DNA from: Candidatus Kerfeldbacteria bacterium
GTDB taxonomy: Bacteria > Patescibacteriota > Patescibacteriia > SBBC01
NCBI GenBank assembly: GCA_043799405.1
Contig: JAZDNT010000004.1
Span: 70,206 to 114,637, forward strand
Reading direction: 5' to 3'
DNA length: 44,432 nt
Under the pieces are notes generated by a model that searched no databases, was not told where the DNA came from, and was given only the letters and a program-made list of their open reading frames with translations. The translations under genes were made by a program, and so were the position numbers. Numbering within the stretch: position 1 is the stretch's first letter; the number at the start of each line of letters is the position of its first letter. Positions 8,674 to 17,174 of this stretch are shown one piece after another.

Positions 8674-9453
8674 ATGTCTGCATTTTTCAATGAGGTGTTC
8701 TATCGACCGATATTCAATGCATTGATCGCATTGTATCACTACCTCCCTGTACACGACATCGGACTCGCGATTATTGCTGTAACTATCGCAACCCTCGTAG
8801 TGCTCTTTTGGCCCTCGTTGGTACAGATAAAGTCGTCACAGGCGCTCCAAGAGCTTCAGCCAAAACTCAAAGCGCTTCAGGTAAAGTACAAGGACGATCG
8901 ACAAGAGCTTGCAAAGCAGACCATGCTGCTCTACAAAGAGCACAAGTTCAATCCCCTGTCGTCCTGCCTCCCTCTCCTCATCCAGCTCCCGTTCTTTTTT
9001 GCTCTCTACCGCGTATTTATTTCGGGTTTAAGCGTTGATCCGACGACCCATATCCTTGATCCTAAACAGCTCCCTAACCTCTACGGCCACTTAAGGGACA
9101 TATACGCCACAGCAGCGCTTTCGCCGATATCATTTGGTTTTATTAACCTCACGGCGAAGCACAATATCATCCTCGCCCTCATCGTAGGCGCAACCCAGTA
9201 CTTCCTCACAAAGCTATTAGCACCAAAGAAGAGCGCCCCCAACGTACCGGGCGCAAAAGACGAACGAACGACGTCGTCGATTTTACAGCAGATGAACTAC
9301 TTCACGCCGATAAGCTTCGCAGTGATCTCATATATCCTCCCGGCCGGGCTCTCGCTCTACTACATAACCTGGAACATATTCCAGATACTCCAACGACAGT
9401 GGGTTGCGAGGAAGCACACTTCGTCTATAAAGGAGAGTCAAAGCATTCAATGA
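8674..9453 (+). CDS. yidC: Membrane protein insertase YidC/Oxa1, short form without a periplasmic domain
   Basis: LQPKLKALQ.KYK, NPLSSCLPLLIQLPFF..LY, PAGLSLYY; ATG 8674 follows the yidD stop. Confidence 0.93.
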   Translation: MSAFFNEVFYRPIFNALIALYHYLPVHDIGLAIIAVTIATLVVLFWPSLVQIKSSQALQELQPKLKALQVKYKDDRQELAKQTMLLYKEHKFNPLSSCLPLLIQLPFFFALYRVFISGLSVDPTTHILDPKQLPNLYGHLRDIYATAALSPISFGFINLTAKHNIILALIVGATQYFLTKLLAPKKSAPNVPGAKDERTTSSILQQMNYFTPISFAVISYILPAGLSLYYITWNIFQILQRQWVARKHTSSIKESQSIQ

Positions 9454-9749
9454 TTCCTCTTAAAGAACTACGGCACGCCCCGGTTGAAACGAAAAACGGG
9501 CTTCGCCTCGGAAGGCTTGTCGATGTCGAGATTGATGAAGAGTCACATACTGTAATGACATACATCGTCCAGGCAGGGAGACTGACGCGGCCGCTTGTAC
9601 AAAAACAGCTGCGAATCGACCGTCGTCAGGTACTATCAGTTTCGCGGGAAAGGATCATTGTTGACGACGCGGCTCAAACGGAAACCGAACGGATCCGTCT
9701 CGGGCTTTCTAAAAACGCAGCGGCCACCGTCTCCGCACAGCCCTGTTAG
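9450..9749 (+). CDS. PRC-barrel domain protein
   Basis: V.T.NG..LG.LVDVEID pattern; ATGA overlap with the yidC stop. Confidence 0.75.
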   Translation: MIPLKELRHAPVETKNGLRLGRLVDVEIDEESHTVMTYIVQAGRLTRPLVQKQLRIDRRQVLSVSRERIIVDDAAQTETERIRLGLSKNAAATVSAQPC

Positions 9750-10200
9750 GCGCACTTCGTATCTTTAGAGTTCTTGTTCGTACCCCAGTTACCGCGAAAG
9801 AAACGGTCGTTCGGCGCGAACGCGGAACACGCCTGAGAAGCGCAGCGATCCTATCAGCCCACTCAATCAGAACAACGGAACTTTTTTCGTTCAGTAGCTC
9901 AGACAAAAAGCCCGCGTCGTTCTTTGATGGTCGTCTAAGGCGGTAGCAGTCTACGTGATAGAGCGTCTTTTTCGAAGAAACGAAGTGGCGCGACGCAAGG
10001 ACGAACGTGGGGCTTAAGACTCGGCCGCGAACGCCGAAAGCCCGAGCAAATGCCCTTGCAAATACAGTTTTGCCAGACCCAAGCCCCCCGATTAGCTCAA
10101 TAATGCTGCCGTTTTTTGAGGATCTACCAAGGCTCGCCGCGTACCTAGAGGTTTCTGCGACAGAACGAGAATCGATAGTAGTCGTAGTTATTCGGGACAT
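9709..10200 (-). CDS. tsaE: tRNA threonylcarbamoyladenosine biosynthesis ATPase TsaE
   Basis: GGLGSGKT, SPTF, HVDCYRL, LIEWAD; TGC-TACAAT 9 nt before ATG 10200. Confidence 0.93.
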   Translation of the reverse strand: MSRITTTTIDSRSVAETSRYAASLGRSSKNGSIIELIGGLGSGKTVFARAFARAFGVRGRVLSPTFVLASRHFVSSKKTLYHVDCYRLRRPSKNDAGFLSELLNEKSSVVLIEWADRIAALLRRVPRSRRTTVSFAVTGVRTRTLKIRSAPNRAVRRRWPLRF

Positions 10201-10331
10201 CGCTTCTGTATTGTAGCAAGCCCGAATCGACGAAATCCAGTCTGCCCGCACTACCTCCTTGACAGGCTTGTGGTGCCGAGATATGATAGTTTCTTATTTT
10301 AAGAATGTATGTATAGGAGGGGAATGTCCGT

Positions 10332-11465
10332 ATGGAGCTATCGCCCCTCCAGCAAGCCGTTGAGCTCGCGAGCCGGAGCAAGAACGTTTTAATCTGCTTA
10401 CCGGTTAACCCGACATCCGATGCGATCGCCGGAGGTCTCGGGCTGTTCTTGTCATTCGAAAAATTGCAAAAGCGCGCACGGATCGTTTGCAGCAAATTTG
10501 AGCTCCCTTTAGGCCACGGATTTTTACCGAAGAGTAACGCGATCGAAAAAGAACTATCAAATATCAGGCAGTTCGTCATCGGCGTAGATACGTCGCGGAC
10601 GTCTATTGAGGACCTAAGCTACGCGATCGAAGGAAAGAAGCTCAATATCTACCTAACGCCGAAGGACGGTTTTTTTGAGGCGCGCGACGTGACCACGAGC
10701 GCGGGAGACTACGCATACGATCTGATCGTCGTGCTCGACGCGACAGACCTTGATTCGCTCGGTGACCTTGCAACGCGAAACGCGGAATTTTTTTATAAAA
10801 CGCCAGTTCTCAACATTGATCATCGCGCGAGCAATACACACTTCGGATCGGTGAACCTCGTCGACCTGCCCGCAACCTCGACCTCAGAGATAATCTTTGA
10901 GCTCGTAAAGGCGCTCGGATTCAACGTTCTCGATGAGCAGGTTGCGACAACGCTTCTCACGGGCATCATTTCGAAAACAAAGAGCTTTCAGACGCCAACA
11001 GTAACGCCACGCTCGCTCGCAATAGCAAGCCACCTCATTGCATCCGGCGCCCGCCGCGAAGAGATTATCGATAATCTGTATCAGTCAAAGCCGATCTCTA
11101 CGTTGAAACTGTGGGGCCGAGCCCTAGCTCGTGTCCAGCAAAAACACGATGGCAGGATGATTTACACGCTCCTGAGCGAGCAGGACTTTGAAAAGTCCGC
11201 TGCGACCGAAGACGACCTTCCGCGCGTGATCGACGAGCTCATTGTAAACGTGCCGACAGCGGAGATAATCGCGATCCTCTGCCTCAGGACCGGCAAGAAC
11301 GTAACGGCCCTCGTCAGCACCACAAGACCGTACGATCTGAAAAAGGCCTTTCCAGAAGGAAAGATCATGGGTAGTGCAAGCCTCATCTTGTTTAACACCC
11401 CGTTCCCCGACCTTACGAGCGCTGAAAACGACATAGTAAGCCGCGCCGGACGACTGCTTGAATAG
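10332..11465 (+). CDS. DHH-family phosphoesterase-like protein with degenerate motifs
   Basis: NPTSDAI, LIVVLD, NIDHR, STSEII, LLTGIISKT align with the DHH/NrnA layout. Confidence 0.8.
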   Translation: MELSPLQQAVELASRSKNVLICLPVNPTSDAIAGGLGLFLSFEKLQKRARIVCSKFELPLGHGFLPKSNAIEKELSNIRQFVIGVDTSRTSIEDLSYAIEGKKLNIYLTPKDGFFEARDVTTSAGDYAYDLIVVLDATDLDSLGDLATRNAEFFYKTPVLNIDHRASNTHFGSVNLVDLPATSTSEIIFELVKALGFNVLDEQVATTLLTGIISKTKSFQTPTVTPRSLAIASHLIASGARREEIIDNLYQSKPISTLKLWGRALARVQQKHDGRMIYTLLSEQDFEKSAATEDDLPRVIDELIVNVPTAEIIAILCLRTGKNVTALVSTTRPYDLKKAFPEGKIMGSASLILFNTPFPDLTSAENDIVSRAGRLLE

Positions 11466-11532
11466 CCTACAGTACCGAAGAGCGGCGCTCCCTTTAGTTT
11501 CAGGGGAGTTCTTGGTATACTTCAATCCGACT

Positions 11533-13218
11533 ATGGACGATACCGCAAAAAACCTCCACATCGCGACAGAGGAAACGGAAGAGAAGTTCCGCGAAAAAAT
11601 GGAGGAGATTAGGCTCAAAGAAAGAGAGCACCTCACTCAGGAAAAGGCGACGAGAATGGGGCTTGGGTACATAGGCCTCACCGGTTTTCCTATTGGCCCA
11701 GAGACCCTGTCTCTTATACCAGAAGAGATCTCTTCGAAACTGCAGGTAGTTTGTTTCTTGCACAGCGGCCACGAAATACGCGTAGCTGCCGTAGATCCGA
11801 ATAAACCGGGCGTGCGAGAGCTTGCTGACGAAATGGCCGCGGAACACAATGCCAATGTCGCGCTGTACGTCATCTCTGAGCACAGCTACCAGTCCGCATT
11901 TAAGCTCTATGCGAGGATCCCAAAGTTCAAGCGCATCGTCGGCGGCATCGAGATACGCCAGGAAGACGTCGCGAAGTACCGGGCACAACTCAAGGACTTC
12001 CGCGAGCTTGAACAGAATATCAGAAAAGTATCGTTGACAGAGGTGTTTACGCTGATTCTTGCAGGCGCGATCGAGGCGCGCTCATCCGATATCCACATCG
12101 AGGCGGAGGAACAGGACGTGAAAGTGCGCTACCGCATCGACGGCGTGTTGCAGACGGTCGCGTCGTTACCAAAGGACGCCTGGCCCCGGATCATCAACCG
12201 CATCAAACTCGTTGCGGGCTTAAAGATCAACATTGATCGGGTGCCTCAGGACGGCCGCATCACGCTCATCCTCGAGCACGAACATATCGATGTTCGCGTA
12301 TCGACGCTGCCGACCTCGTACGGCGAAAGCGTCGTCATGCGCTTGCTTATGGGATCGAGCGCGGCGATCACCTTCGAACAGCTCGGTCTCCGGGGCAGGG
12401 CCTTTAAGCTGCTCGCGGAAAACATCCGTCGGCCCAACGGCATGATCCTGACCTCCGGTCCGACCGGATCAGGAAAGACGACGACGCTGTACTCGATCAT
12501 CATGAAGCTGAACAAGCCCGATATAAAAATAATCACCCTTGAGGACCCGGTCGAATACAGCTTACCGGGAATAAATCAGAGCCAGGTCGACTGGTCGAAG
12601 AACTACACGTTCGCAAAAGGGCTCCGGTCGATGCTCCGCCAGGACCCGGACATAGTCATGGTCGGCGAAATCCGCGACCTCGAAACAGCCGAGACGTCGA
12701 TACAGGCGGCACTCACCGGACACCTCGTGCTATCGACGCTCCATACCAATGATGCGATTGGCGTCATTCCCCGGCTCCTCTCGATGGGGACAAAACCATA
12801 TCTCTTAGCACCAGCGCTTAATCTCATGATGGGACAGCGACTCGTTAGGAAGATCTGTGCTGAATGCATCACTGATGATTCGCTTAACAGCGAAACACTC
12901 GAGCACGTTAAAAAGACGTTATCCGAGATCCCGAAGAACAGCAGCGAGCAACTCGACCCGTCGAAACCATTCACGTTTAAAAAGGGCAATGGGTGCGAAG
13001 CGTGCAAGAACGTCGGGTTTAAGGGACGCGTCGGTATATTCGAAGTACTCACCATGTCGGGCCTGATAGAAAAACTTATCCTTACCGGCTCAGCCGCAGA
13101 AGTTGACTTACAGGCGCTCGCAAAAGAGCAGGGCATGCTCACCATGGCGCAGGACGGACTTCTGAAGGCGCTTGATGGTATTACGACGGCCGACGAGGTG
13201 TTCTCGGTCGCGGAGTAG
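11533..13218 (+). CDS. Type IV pilus assembly ATPase, PilB/GspE family
   Basis: SDIHIE, PQDGRI, GPTGSGKT, EDPVE, LRQDPD..MVGEIRD, GHLVLSTLH, CxxC...CxxC. Confidence 0.93.
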   Translation: MDDTAKNLHIATEETEEKFREKMEEIRLKEREHLTQEKATRMGLGYIGLTGFPIGPETLSLIPEEISSKLQVVCFLHSGHEIRVAAVDPNKPGVRELADEMAAEHNANVALYVISEHSYQSAFKLYARIPKFKRIVGGIEIRQEDVAKYRAQLKDFRELEQNIRKVSLTEVFTLILAGAIEARSSDIHIEAEEQDVKVRYRIDGVLQTVASLPKDAWPRIINRIKLVAGLKINIDRVPQDGRITLILEHEHIDVRVSTLPTSYGESVVMRLLMGSSAAITFEQLGLRGRAFKLLAENIRRPNGMILTSGPTGSGKTTTLYSIIMKLNKPDIKIITLEDPVEYSLPGINQSQVDWSKNYTFAKGLRSMLRQDPDIVMVGEIRDLETAETSIQAALTGHLVLSTLHTNDAIGVIPRLLSMGTKPYLLAPALNLMMGQRLVRKICAECITDDSLNSETLEHVKKTLSEIPKNSSEQLDPSKPFTFKKGNGCEACKNVGFKGRVGIFEVLTMSGLIEKLILTGSAAEVDLQALAKEQGMLTMAQDGLLKALDGITTADEVFSVAE

Positions 13219-13221
13219 TCA

Positions 13222-13301
13222 ACCACCCCTCCGCTCCGCGGTATCCCCTCCTCAATTGAGGAGGGGAAATGTTCCGAGCACAGCGAGGAACATGGGGTGG
13301 T
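13222..13301. repeat. REP/MITE-like multi-hairpin element
   Basis: Outer ACCACCCC/GGGGTGGT encloses CCGC/GCGG, a perfect 24-bp palindrome (13244-13267) and ATGTTCC/GGAACAT; single copy in the window. Confidence 0.55.
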
Positions 13302-13328
13302 AGGGGGATTGTTGAGGAAAATGGGGAA

Positions 13329-13354
13329 TGGTATAATCCCCCCAGAGGGGATTA
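13329..13354 (+). promoter_or_regulatory. Extended -10 with overlapping CsoR-type C/G-tract operator
   Basis: TGG-TATAAT (13329-13337) overlapped by the inverted repeat TAATCCCC-CCAGA-GGGGATTA. Confidence 0.55.
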
Positions 13355-13432
13355 GCGCTGTCCGCAGCTGGCTCCCCAATCCCCCTCCCCGTGCCTTGAG
13401 GAAAAGCTCGATCATTAACGAATCTCCCCCCT

Positions 13433-13687
13433 ATGGATAACAGAAAGGGCATAGACCACAGGCTTGCCATCATCGAGGGTCACCTTCGGGCGGTCCGGCA
13501 GATGCTAACCGACGGAAAACCGGGCATCGACGTCATAAGACAGTCGCGCGCAGTTCAGAGCGCGCTCAGGAAGTTCGACGCCGCTGTGCTCGAACAGTAC
13601 CTCAACACCGCCGTTGCGCAGGATGTTGCGCAGGGGAAGATGGGGAAGGCCGTGAAGGAGCTCTCCGAGCTGTTCGGGTTGATTTAA
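13433..13687 (+). CDS. CsoR/RcnR-family transcriptional regulator
   Basis: RLAIIEGHLRAVRQM...DVIRQSRAVQSAL...LEQYL matches the family pattern. Confidence 0.85.
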   Translation: MDNRKGIDHRLAIIEGHLRAVRQMLTDGKPGIDVIRQSRAVQSALRKFDAAVLEQYLNTAVAQDVAQGKMGKAVKELSELFGLI

Positions 13688-14274
13688 GTTGTCTGCGGGA
13701 TTCGCTTGCGGCGCACGAGGAGAAGGAGGACGAAGGCGCCGTTCGTGATGACGAGCGACGCAGGATACAGCCACGCGGCAGGAGAATATGATTGCAGAGC
13801 AAAAAACGCGATACCGCTTGCTGAGGTACCGAACGCGAACGGCGCGAGATGTTCTTCGTGTGGCCGTACGAATCCTTTGTGGTATGTCGGCAAGAACCCG
13901 AGGGCGTCCCCGAGCGTCACCAGGATTGCCGCAGTGATGGGCGCGTGAGTAATGCGCCATAGAACGATAGCAAGCAAGGCGAGTCCGAGCGACGTCCAAT
14001 CGAACGAGGAAAAACGGCGGTCGCCACGCGTGATCGCGAGAAAGAAAATAATAAGACATCCTAAAGCGGACACGCCGGTTTCCCATGATCCCGTTCCCGC
14101 TCCCGAGCTGACCATAGCAAAGAACGCGATGCCGCTCAGCAGCGCCCACACGAACCACGAGAACGCGTGCGGCCTCGTGCGACCGGAAACGACGCTCGTC
14201 ACGTACGGAAAATAGCTGACGATGATCAGAAGCGCCGCAAGCGCACCAAGGATCGTTTTTATCTCGAGCGACAT
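13684..14274 (-). CDS. Multi-pass membrane protein, possibly PQ-loop/SemiSWEET-like internal duplication
   Basis: About 7 hydrophobic segments; repeated PY...RP..FSW and PTY....RP..E...F halves. Confidence 0.7.
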   Translation of the reverse strand: MSLEIKTILGALAALLIIVSYFPYVTSVVSGRTRPHAFSWFVWALLSGIAFFAMVSSGAGTGSWETGVSALGCLIIFFLAITRGDRRFSSFDWTSLGLALLAIVLWRITHAPITAAILVTLGDALGFLPTYHKGFVRPHEEHLAPFAFGTSASGIAFFALQSYSPAAWLYPASLVITNGAFVLLLLVRRKRIPQTT

Positions 14275-14277
14275 GTC

Positions 14278-16800
14278 CTAGAGCTCGGCGAGCCGTTCCT
14301 CTGCCAGCACAAGGTCGGTCTTTGCCTGTGAACGGATCAGTTCCGGGGCTTTGCTGTTTTGAGAAAGTGTTTTCTTCGTCGCAATATACTGTTCGAGCTG
14401 TTTTCGTTCGCGCTGGCGCCAGACGTTAAAAGTTTGCGCGATCTCTGCCGGGACCGTAAGCGCAGTAGTTGCCATACGAAGAGGCTCGCCCTGAACTGCT
14501 CCGAAAGAAACACCCGTGAGCCTTGTGACTAGCTCACTATTTTTTACGATGCCGGTGACAGTAAACGGTTTATTGCTGTTCCCATGCAGCTTCATATTAC
14601 GCAGGCCAACGATGAGCTGCTGGAATTTTTTGAAATCTTTAACCGAAGCCCTATCACTTGATTTCGCCTTTTTTACCTTTGGCCACGGTTCGATCATGAG
14701 CAGTTTCTTCTCTCCCGCAGCAGACCAGAGCGTCTCTGTGATGAACGGCGCGAACGGATGGAGTAGGATAAGGAACCGCCGAAGTACAGAGCGTAAGAGC
14801 ACGGTGTTCTTCTCGACCTTGTGGATCTCAACGTACCAGTCTGCGAAGTCCTTCCAGAGGAACTGCTGGAGCGCCTCGATAGCGAGCGAGAACTGACAGT
14901 GCTCGAGATGATTAGAAACAACAGAGGCGACGTCGTTAAGCTTTGCCGTAATCCAACGGTCGGCGAGGGTACTACCCCCCCTCGGCTTCGCCGTGTTCCC
15001 TCCTATCGTAGGAGGGGAACTCTGGGAAAGAACGTAGCGGCCGACGTTCCAGAGCTTGTTGCAGAAGTTACGCGCTCCAGCGATTTTTGCTTCGGACATC
15101 CTGAAATCAAGGCCGGGCGTCGTACCGACGATGACCGAGATCCGCAGGGCGTCAGTGCCGTACTTCTCCATCATCGGGATAGGGTCTATGCCCGTTCCCT
15201 TCGATTTCGACATCTTCTTACCGCGCTCATCGAGAATGAGGCCGTGGAGGTACGCGGTCTTAAACGGAACTTCGCCGGTGAAGTAGAGCGAGAACATCAT
15301 CATGCGGGCGACCCAGAAGAACAGGATGTCCCACGCGGTACCGAGCACCGCGGTCGGATGGAAACGCGTAAGGTCGCGCGTCTTTTTTGGCCAGCCGAGC
15401 GTGGAAAAGGTCCAGAGTCCTGATGAGAACCAGGTGTCGAGCGTATCATCGTCCTGCCGATACGCGTTGTCGCCGCACTTTGTACACCTCGTTTTAGGCT
15501 CTTTTATCGAAGCGACCGGCTCGCTGCAGGCAATACAGTACCAGATCGGTATCCGGTGGCCCCACCAGAGCTGGCGCGATATGTTCCAATCTCGGATGTC
15601 GGCAAGCCATCGCACGAGCACCTTCGTGAACCGCTCCGGCACAACGACGGTCTTACGGCTGCGCAGTGCAGCGAGCGCCTTTTTTGCCAACGGTTTCGTT
15701 TTAACGAACCACTGTCTCGAAATGAGCGGTTCGATCACGGTGTTGGAGCGCGAGCAGTATGCAACGCTGTGCGATATGCTTTCCTCTTTTTCAATGAGAC
15801 CTTGTTCCCTAAGGAGCTGCACAACGAGTCCGCGCGTCTCGAGAACATCTAGTCCCTGAAAGTCTCTCCCCGCAGCTGCGGTCATTTTTCCGAACGTGTC
15901 GACGACCGAAATCCGTTCCAGTGAATGCCGGACGCCGATCTCGAAATCAGCAGCGTCGTGCGCCGGAGTTACCTTAACCACGCCAGTACCGAACGACGCG
16001 TCAACAGAAGCATCGGCGATAATCGGAACGACACGGTTTGTTATCGGGAGCTTAACGCGTTTACCGACGAGTTCTGTATACCGGCCATCCTTCGGGTTGA
16101 CCGCGACAGCAGAATCGCCGAGCATTGTTTCGGGTCGGGTTGTCGCGACCGTAATGAACCCTTCTTGCTCAAGGATAGGATAACGAATGTACCACAGCAT
16201 CCCGGTTTCCTCGCGGTAGTCGACTTCAAGATCGGAAATGCTCGTTTGGTCCTGTACGCACCAGTGGATCACCCGCTCGCCCCGATACACAAGGTCGTCG
16301 CGATACAGCTTCAGGAACGCGGATTGCACAGCTTCCGAGAGCGATGGGCCCATGGTGAAGTGTTCACGGCTCCAGTCGCACGAAGCGCCCATGCGCTTGA
16401 TCTGTTCGACAATGCGCGAGCCGTAACGTTTCTTCCAGGCCCACACGTGTTTAAGGAACTGTTTCCGGCCGATCTCGTGCCGGCTGATCCCATTTTCGCG
16501 TAACGCTCGTTCGACGAGGATCTGAGTTGCGATGCCGGCATGGTCGGTTCCGGGGAGCCAGAGCGCGGCAAAACCGGACATCCTCTTCCAGCGAGTGAGA
16601 ATATCCTGCGTTGTAAGGTAGAGCGTATGCCCGAGGTGCAGCTCGCCGGTCACGTTCGCCGGCGGCATGGCGATCGAGTACGGTTTCCGTTTTTTTGCGT
16701 TCGGAAGCTTGTCAGGATCGAAATACCCTGACGCAAGCCAGCGCTTGTATGTCGGCACTTCCACAGCCTTGGGATCGTACGTTTTTGAGAGCGTTTTCAT
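14278..16800 (-). CDS. valS: Valine--tRNA ligase
   Basis: PPANVTGELHLGH, GTDHAGIATQ, DWNISRQLWWGHRIP, DTWFSS, KMSKSKG. Confidence 0.98.
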   Translation of the reverse strand: MKTLSKTYDPKAVEVPTYKRWLASGYFDPDKLPNAKKRKPYSIAMPPANVTGELHLGHTLYLTTQDILTRWKRMSGFAALWLPGTDHAGIATQILVERALRENGISRHEIGRKQFLKHVWAWKKRYGSRIVEQIKRMGASCDWSREHFTMGPSLSEAVQSAFLKLYRDDLVYRGERVIHWCVQDQTSISDLEVDYREETGMLWYIRYPILEQEGFITVATTRPETMLGDSAVAVNPKDGRYTELVGKRVKLPITNRVVPIIADASVDASFGTGVVKVTPAHDAADFEIGVRHSLERISVVDTFGKMTAAAGRDFQGLDVLETRGLVVQLLREQGLIEKEESISHSVAYCSRSNTVIEPLISRQWFVKTKPLAKKALAALRSRKTVVVPERFTKVLVRWLADIRDWNISRQLWWGHRIPIWYCIACSEPVASIKEPKTRCTKCGDNAYRQDDDTLDTWFSSGLWTFSTLGWPKKTRDLTRFHPTAVLGTAWDILFFWVARMMMFSLYFTGEVPFKTAYLHGLILDERGKKMSKSKGTGIDPIPMMEKYGTDALRISVIVGTTPGLDFRMSEAKIAGARNFCNKLWNVGRYVLSQSSPPTIGGNTAKPRGGSTLADRWITAKLNDVASVVSNHLEHCQFSLAIEALQQFLWKDFADWYVEIHKVEKNTVLLRSVLRRFLILLHPFAPFITETLWSAAGEKKLLMIEPWPKVKKAKSSDRASVKDFKKFQQLIVGLRNMKLHGNSNKPFTVTGIVKNSELVTRLTGVSFGAVQGEPLRMATTALTVPAEIAQTFNVWRQRERKQLEQYIATKKTLSQNSKAPELIRSQAKTDLVLAEERLAEL

Positions 16801-16809
16801 AGGGAATAG

Positions 16810-17007
16810 AGGATCACTGATCGTTCAGGATCCTTCGACGCGGCGCATAGCGCCGTGCTCAGGATGGTACCACCTGTATTTCCAGCTCCAGTTTGTACTT
16901 CGTAAAACTGGGGCTGGACGCTCGTTGATTGTTTGGAGCTCTACGTCCTAGAGGGATTTCTGCCCCGCGCTATCCCGGTGACATGAATCCGGGGTCGTTG
17001 CGCGTCT
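16810..17007 (-). ncRNA. T-box riboswitch (Val, GUC specifier; ultrashort Stem I)
   Basis: Stem I with GA motif and GUC-A in the terminal loop (16982-16979), Stem II with AGAA/GUA S-turn, Stem III (16882-16917), antiterminator CAGG-UGGUACC-AUCCU...AGGAU-CCUG. Confidence 0.88.
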
Positions 17008-17013
17008 ATGGTG

Positions 17014-17042
17014 AGAATATTCTCCAATAGTTGAAAAGTCAA
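17014..17042 (-). promoter_or_regulatory. Promoter of the T-box/valS transcript
   Basis: TTGACT-17 nt-TATTCT; predicted start about 17007, at the base of Stem I. Confidence 0.8.
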
Positions 17043-17174
17043 GAATAATTGACAAACACGCACGTTTATGCGAATCTACGCTGTCTGACATCGTGTACGA
17101 GCACGAAACCGTGATGGCTGCCATAGCGACAGCTGCCGGGAATAGGCCGACCGTGTCAGGCGGAGGATCGTTCG

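Noticed and set aside
323-9453. UGA recoding (genetic code 25)
   Set aside because: tyrS, rnpA and yidC end at TGA at expected lengths and long genes contain no internal TGA.
11533-11760. MshEN c-di-GMP-binding motif in PilB
   Set aside because: No RLGxxL...G...LxxxLxxQ pattern.
17085-17112. Hammerhead-like CUGA...stem...GAAA
   Set aside because: Core reads CUGACAU rather than CUGANGA; essential G8/A9 are missing.
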